Assembly: GCA_015680685.1 (NCBI GenBank)
Contig: MNCI01002119.1
Span: 400,923 to 464,922, forward strand
Direction: 5' to 3'
DNA: 64,000 nt
Origin: Gnetum montanum
Taxonomy: Eukaryota > Plantae > Gnetophyta
Shown: positions 61,014 to 64,000 of the stretch, one piece after another
Layout of the letters: each line of letters opens with the position of its first letter
Position numbering within the stretch: position 1 is the stretch's first letter
Position numbers and translations under genes: made by a program
The notes under the pieces: generated by a model
What the model was told of the DNA's origin: nothing
Database searches by the model: none
What the model saw: the letters and a program-made list of their open reading frames with translations, nothing else

Positions 61014-64000
61014 ATGGCTCCTAAGACTCAGTTGGTGCTTGCGAAGGTCGGGGAGGCGAAGAAGACTCTGAGGTGTGGGCCACGGGCACGTGTTCCGGTG
61101 CGGGAGGGCATATTGTTGACTCAGTGAGTTTTTTATGTCTCCTCCATTCTTTTCTTCTTGCACCTTCTACCATTTTCTGCTCTGGCTTTGTATCTCATTT
61201 GTTTTGCTACTTGTATTTTCTACGGCCGTGTCGTTTTGGCTTTTGTGCTATCTTGGTCTCTCCTTCTTTGGGTCATCGTTATTGTGCAAGGGTCTCTTTG
61301 TGGTTGCATGCAAGGCCATTGCTTCCATGATGATTGCCACGACTACGAGACCAGGGTCCTTTAAGTTGCTTAACCTTGGCATGTCATGACGTAAAACCCC
61401 TAGGAGGGTTTGGTTATGTATGACGTAGGTGCGTATTTTTGTTTGGGCATGCTGTTAGTTATTTTGTTGCTACGCTAAGTTACTTGTATGTTCTTACTAT
61501 GCTAGGCTTTTGCATCTTTGCTATGCTATGATGAACAAGGATTATGTTATGCTACATTTATGGTCAGCTAAGCACTACAATGTTGCACATGTATTATGTT
61601 CATATTTGATGTCAATATTTGTTGTTTCCATCGTGCAGGGTAGGGCCAGGGTCTAGATTGATCATTTTGGATCTTGAAGGAGTCTTATGTTATGTAGGAA
61701 GACCTATGGCCAACGTTCCCCCTCCCTCGATATGTTTGGGAGAGTGAACGATTTGGTTTAGGGAAGGGGTGTGAGACTTCCTACAATTCCTTCTCAGCCA
61801 GTTTATTCTCATGGTTTGGTCCTCCTCGGATGAGATGCGCGCATCGAGCATAATAGAGGCTTTGCTGCTAGGGACAAATCAGGGCATCCTGAGATATCTT
61901 TCTAACAATGCGACCACAAGTAGGCTGGGAGGAGGGTCTATCCAACACTCCATAGGGTTGAGGTGCTTGGCCTGGATCTGGGATATGCTGGAATACCAGT
62001 GTTATCATCCTTACAACACATTGTACCTCGCGCGCCATGTGGCGATGTACTTTCAGAACCCATAGGGGACTGTCTACTGTATTGGTGGGTGCGTTTCATA
62101 TCTTTACTTTGCTTGGTTGTGCAACATCGACCATGCTTGGCTGAGTGTTAATAGCATGTGCTTGTCACCAGGTTCTATCTTGATCACGGCGAGATTCATG
62201 ATCAGCCGGGTGAGTTGACCACAACACAACTAGCCCTACAAGAATTTGCCTCGACCAAGAGCCTACGGGTGGGCATGATTGCTCATTGCAGGGAAGGATA
62301 CCATTCCTACCTACACACACTCACCTCTCTCTACAGTATTTTTAGGATGAAGGGTTGGTTGGACAAGGAGTGGAGATAACCTTTTAAGCAGGTTACGCTC
62401 GAAGCAGTCTTAACGGCTGAACTCCCACTATTCCCTTCACCATATAGACCTGGTGGGTTAACAAGCAGGCATCGCAGGCTCAATTTTTTTTCATAGTTTC
62501 TTCTCTCTTTTATGCTAAGCATGTTTCATGATCCTTGCTGTAGAAGAAAAGAAGCCTCGTGAAGTGACGGTGGTGAGTGAAAAAAGACAAGGGGAAAACA
62601 TCTACTTCAAATATGGTGAAGTATCAACAAGCCAGAGCTGGCTAGAACAAGGGGCTCTGGGCCCTTTGCTCAGAAGAATCTGGATGGCTGGGCTTATGAA
62701 TTTTTTTATGATGCCGAATCTAGGCGTCCCTACTGCCGAGATGCTTTCCTTCATCAATTCATTTTCTAGGCAAGCGAGCCACTTTTGCACGTATGTGTGG
62801 GGTGTGCGGGTGGTCATGGACATCAATGATAGCTATTTGCAGATTTTTTTGGCGTCCCTACTGATGGCGCCGATGTGATGTCAAAGGGCAAGCAACAATT
62901 GACCCTCGAGAAGCAGCATATCGAGGAGTGGCTAAGGCTCACCAAGAAGCGAAAAGGGTTCCATATGGACAAGCTTAAGGATGGTCCTGTCATGAGGATA
63001 TACCTGATCTTTTGTGCCCGTGCATTCCCTCAACTGCTCACCCAAGGAAATGTCTTGGGGCTTGAGTAGGCTTGGGTAATGCGGGAAGTCGTGGAGGAAT
63101 GGGCCTGTTATAACTGGGCCGAGTTCCTATGTAGTGGTTTGTAGGGCGAGATTTTGGGGCTCCGTGAGCAAATGGAATCCCACTCTTACATACACTACGC
63201 TTTCTACATAGGCTATTTAAAGCGCTTTGCAAAGTTCCTGGTGGTCCAGGAGGATGGAGTCTAGTTCGAGCTAGATCGTGACCAGATTCTTAAGCCATGG
63301 ATTCGATAGGTCCTTCAGACCATGCAAGCCAAGGCTCCCCCGAAGATGGTCGAGGATTCGTTTTCTGTGACGACTAAAGATCTGGTAGTTCATAGCGCTT
63401 GCGGCCAGGACAGCGTAGGGGAGACCCCCCCTACCATACTTAGCCATGTGACACAGGGTGAACATCTTATGGCTGAGATCATACCCATGGAGTTGCGGAG
63501 AAAGAGACCTCCCCCAACTAGGGAAAGCCCTCATGAATAGGAATGAAGACTACGGTGAACGTAATCCCCCATTAGTGAGCGTTTAGGGAGCCTTCTATTC
63601 AATGCTTAGTTAGATAGTGCTTTGTAGCATGGTATTAGTTTTGAGTTAACCTATCTTGATTTGTTGTGTGTATACCCTTTTGCAGGCAGCAGAAGAAGAA
63701 GAAGAAGAAGAAGGTGACGAGGAAGTGTCGACCCTTAGAATGGGGGTGACAAATAAAGACGTGGAGGCCCTGACTTTGGAAGAAAGGGCCCTGGCTAGTA
63801 ATAATGGAGCTCTTGTCTCAAAGGCAAGGGCTCTTGCTATTAGGGAGCCTCTTCCTACCGACAAAGAGGTGCCTCCCCGAAATAAAAAAGACGCTACTCT
63901 CCTGAAAGGAAAAGCACCAGCACATGAGGTAGGAGTTTTTATGGACTTGGCTGGGCCTTCTACCAAACCTACCATGATCTTCTTGCACCAGCAAGAAACA
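61014..64000 (+). pseudogene. Antisense multi-exon accessory gene of element G (truncated by window end)
   Basis: MAPK exon, LIILDLEGVL..WFREG..FLQFLL..VWS..YNTLY..FQNP exon, GLMNFF..FINSF exon, acidic exon; GT-AG sites match B and F. Confidence 0.78.

Larger units (their letters stand above)
53618..64000 (-). mobile_element. Element G: 3' LTR, 3' region, pol and part of the antisense gene; continues beyond the window; inserted in pol of E
   Basis: LTR 53618-55341 (TGTAGCAACC...GTGTTTCA), PPT complement ~55345-55354, pol 56648-60118. Confidence 0.9.

Overview
The whole 64 kb is a nest of seven old, decayed plant Ty3/Gypsy LTR retrotransposons of the Tat group (RT-RH-aRH-INT order, as in Ogre/Retand); I see no host gene. 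My labels: A (+, <1-6533) sits in the gag region of B (+, 6534-18415 joined to 25876-29538). C (-, 18416-25875, TSD TCGAC, gag+protease only) sits in B's integrase. D (-, 29539-31146) sits in B's 3' LTR. E (-, 31147-31155 joined to 48747-53617) sits in D's 3' region. F (-, 31156-48746, full length, TSD GCGAC, tRNA-Asn-type PBS) sits in the terminal 9 bp of E's LTR. G (-, 53618->64000) sits in E's pol. The most unusual feature is shared by B, F and G. Directly upstream of RT-RH-aRH-INT, and in B and F separating it from gag-protease by about 5.6-5.7 kb, lies an antisense gene with its own TATA box and conserved introns. Its product has an FCP1/NIF-like HAD (pseudo)phosphatase domain, a PMD-like transposon domain, an acidic spacer and a coiled coil. 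Pol restarts at a conserved splice-acceptor-plus-ATG. The non-coding regions carry TAAACTRGC motif arrays, TACGCT-based palindromes and a conserved hairpin over the PPT. All coding regions have stops or frameshifts. Domain calls are by eye from motifs, not from database searches.
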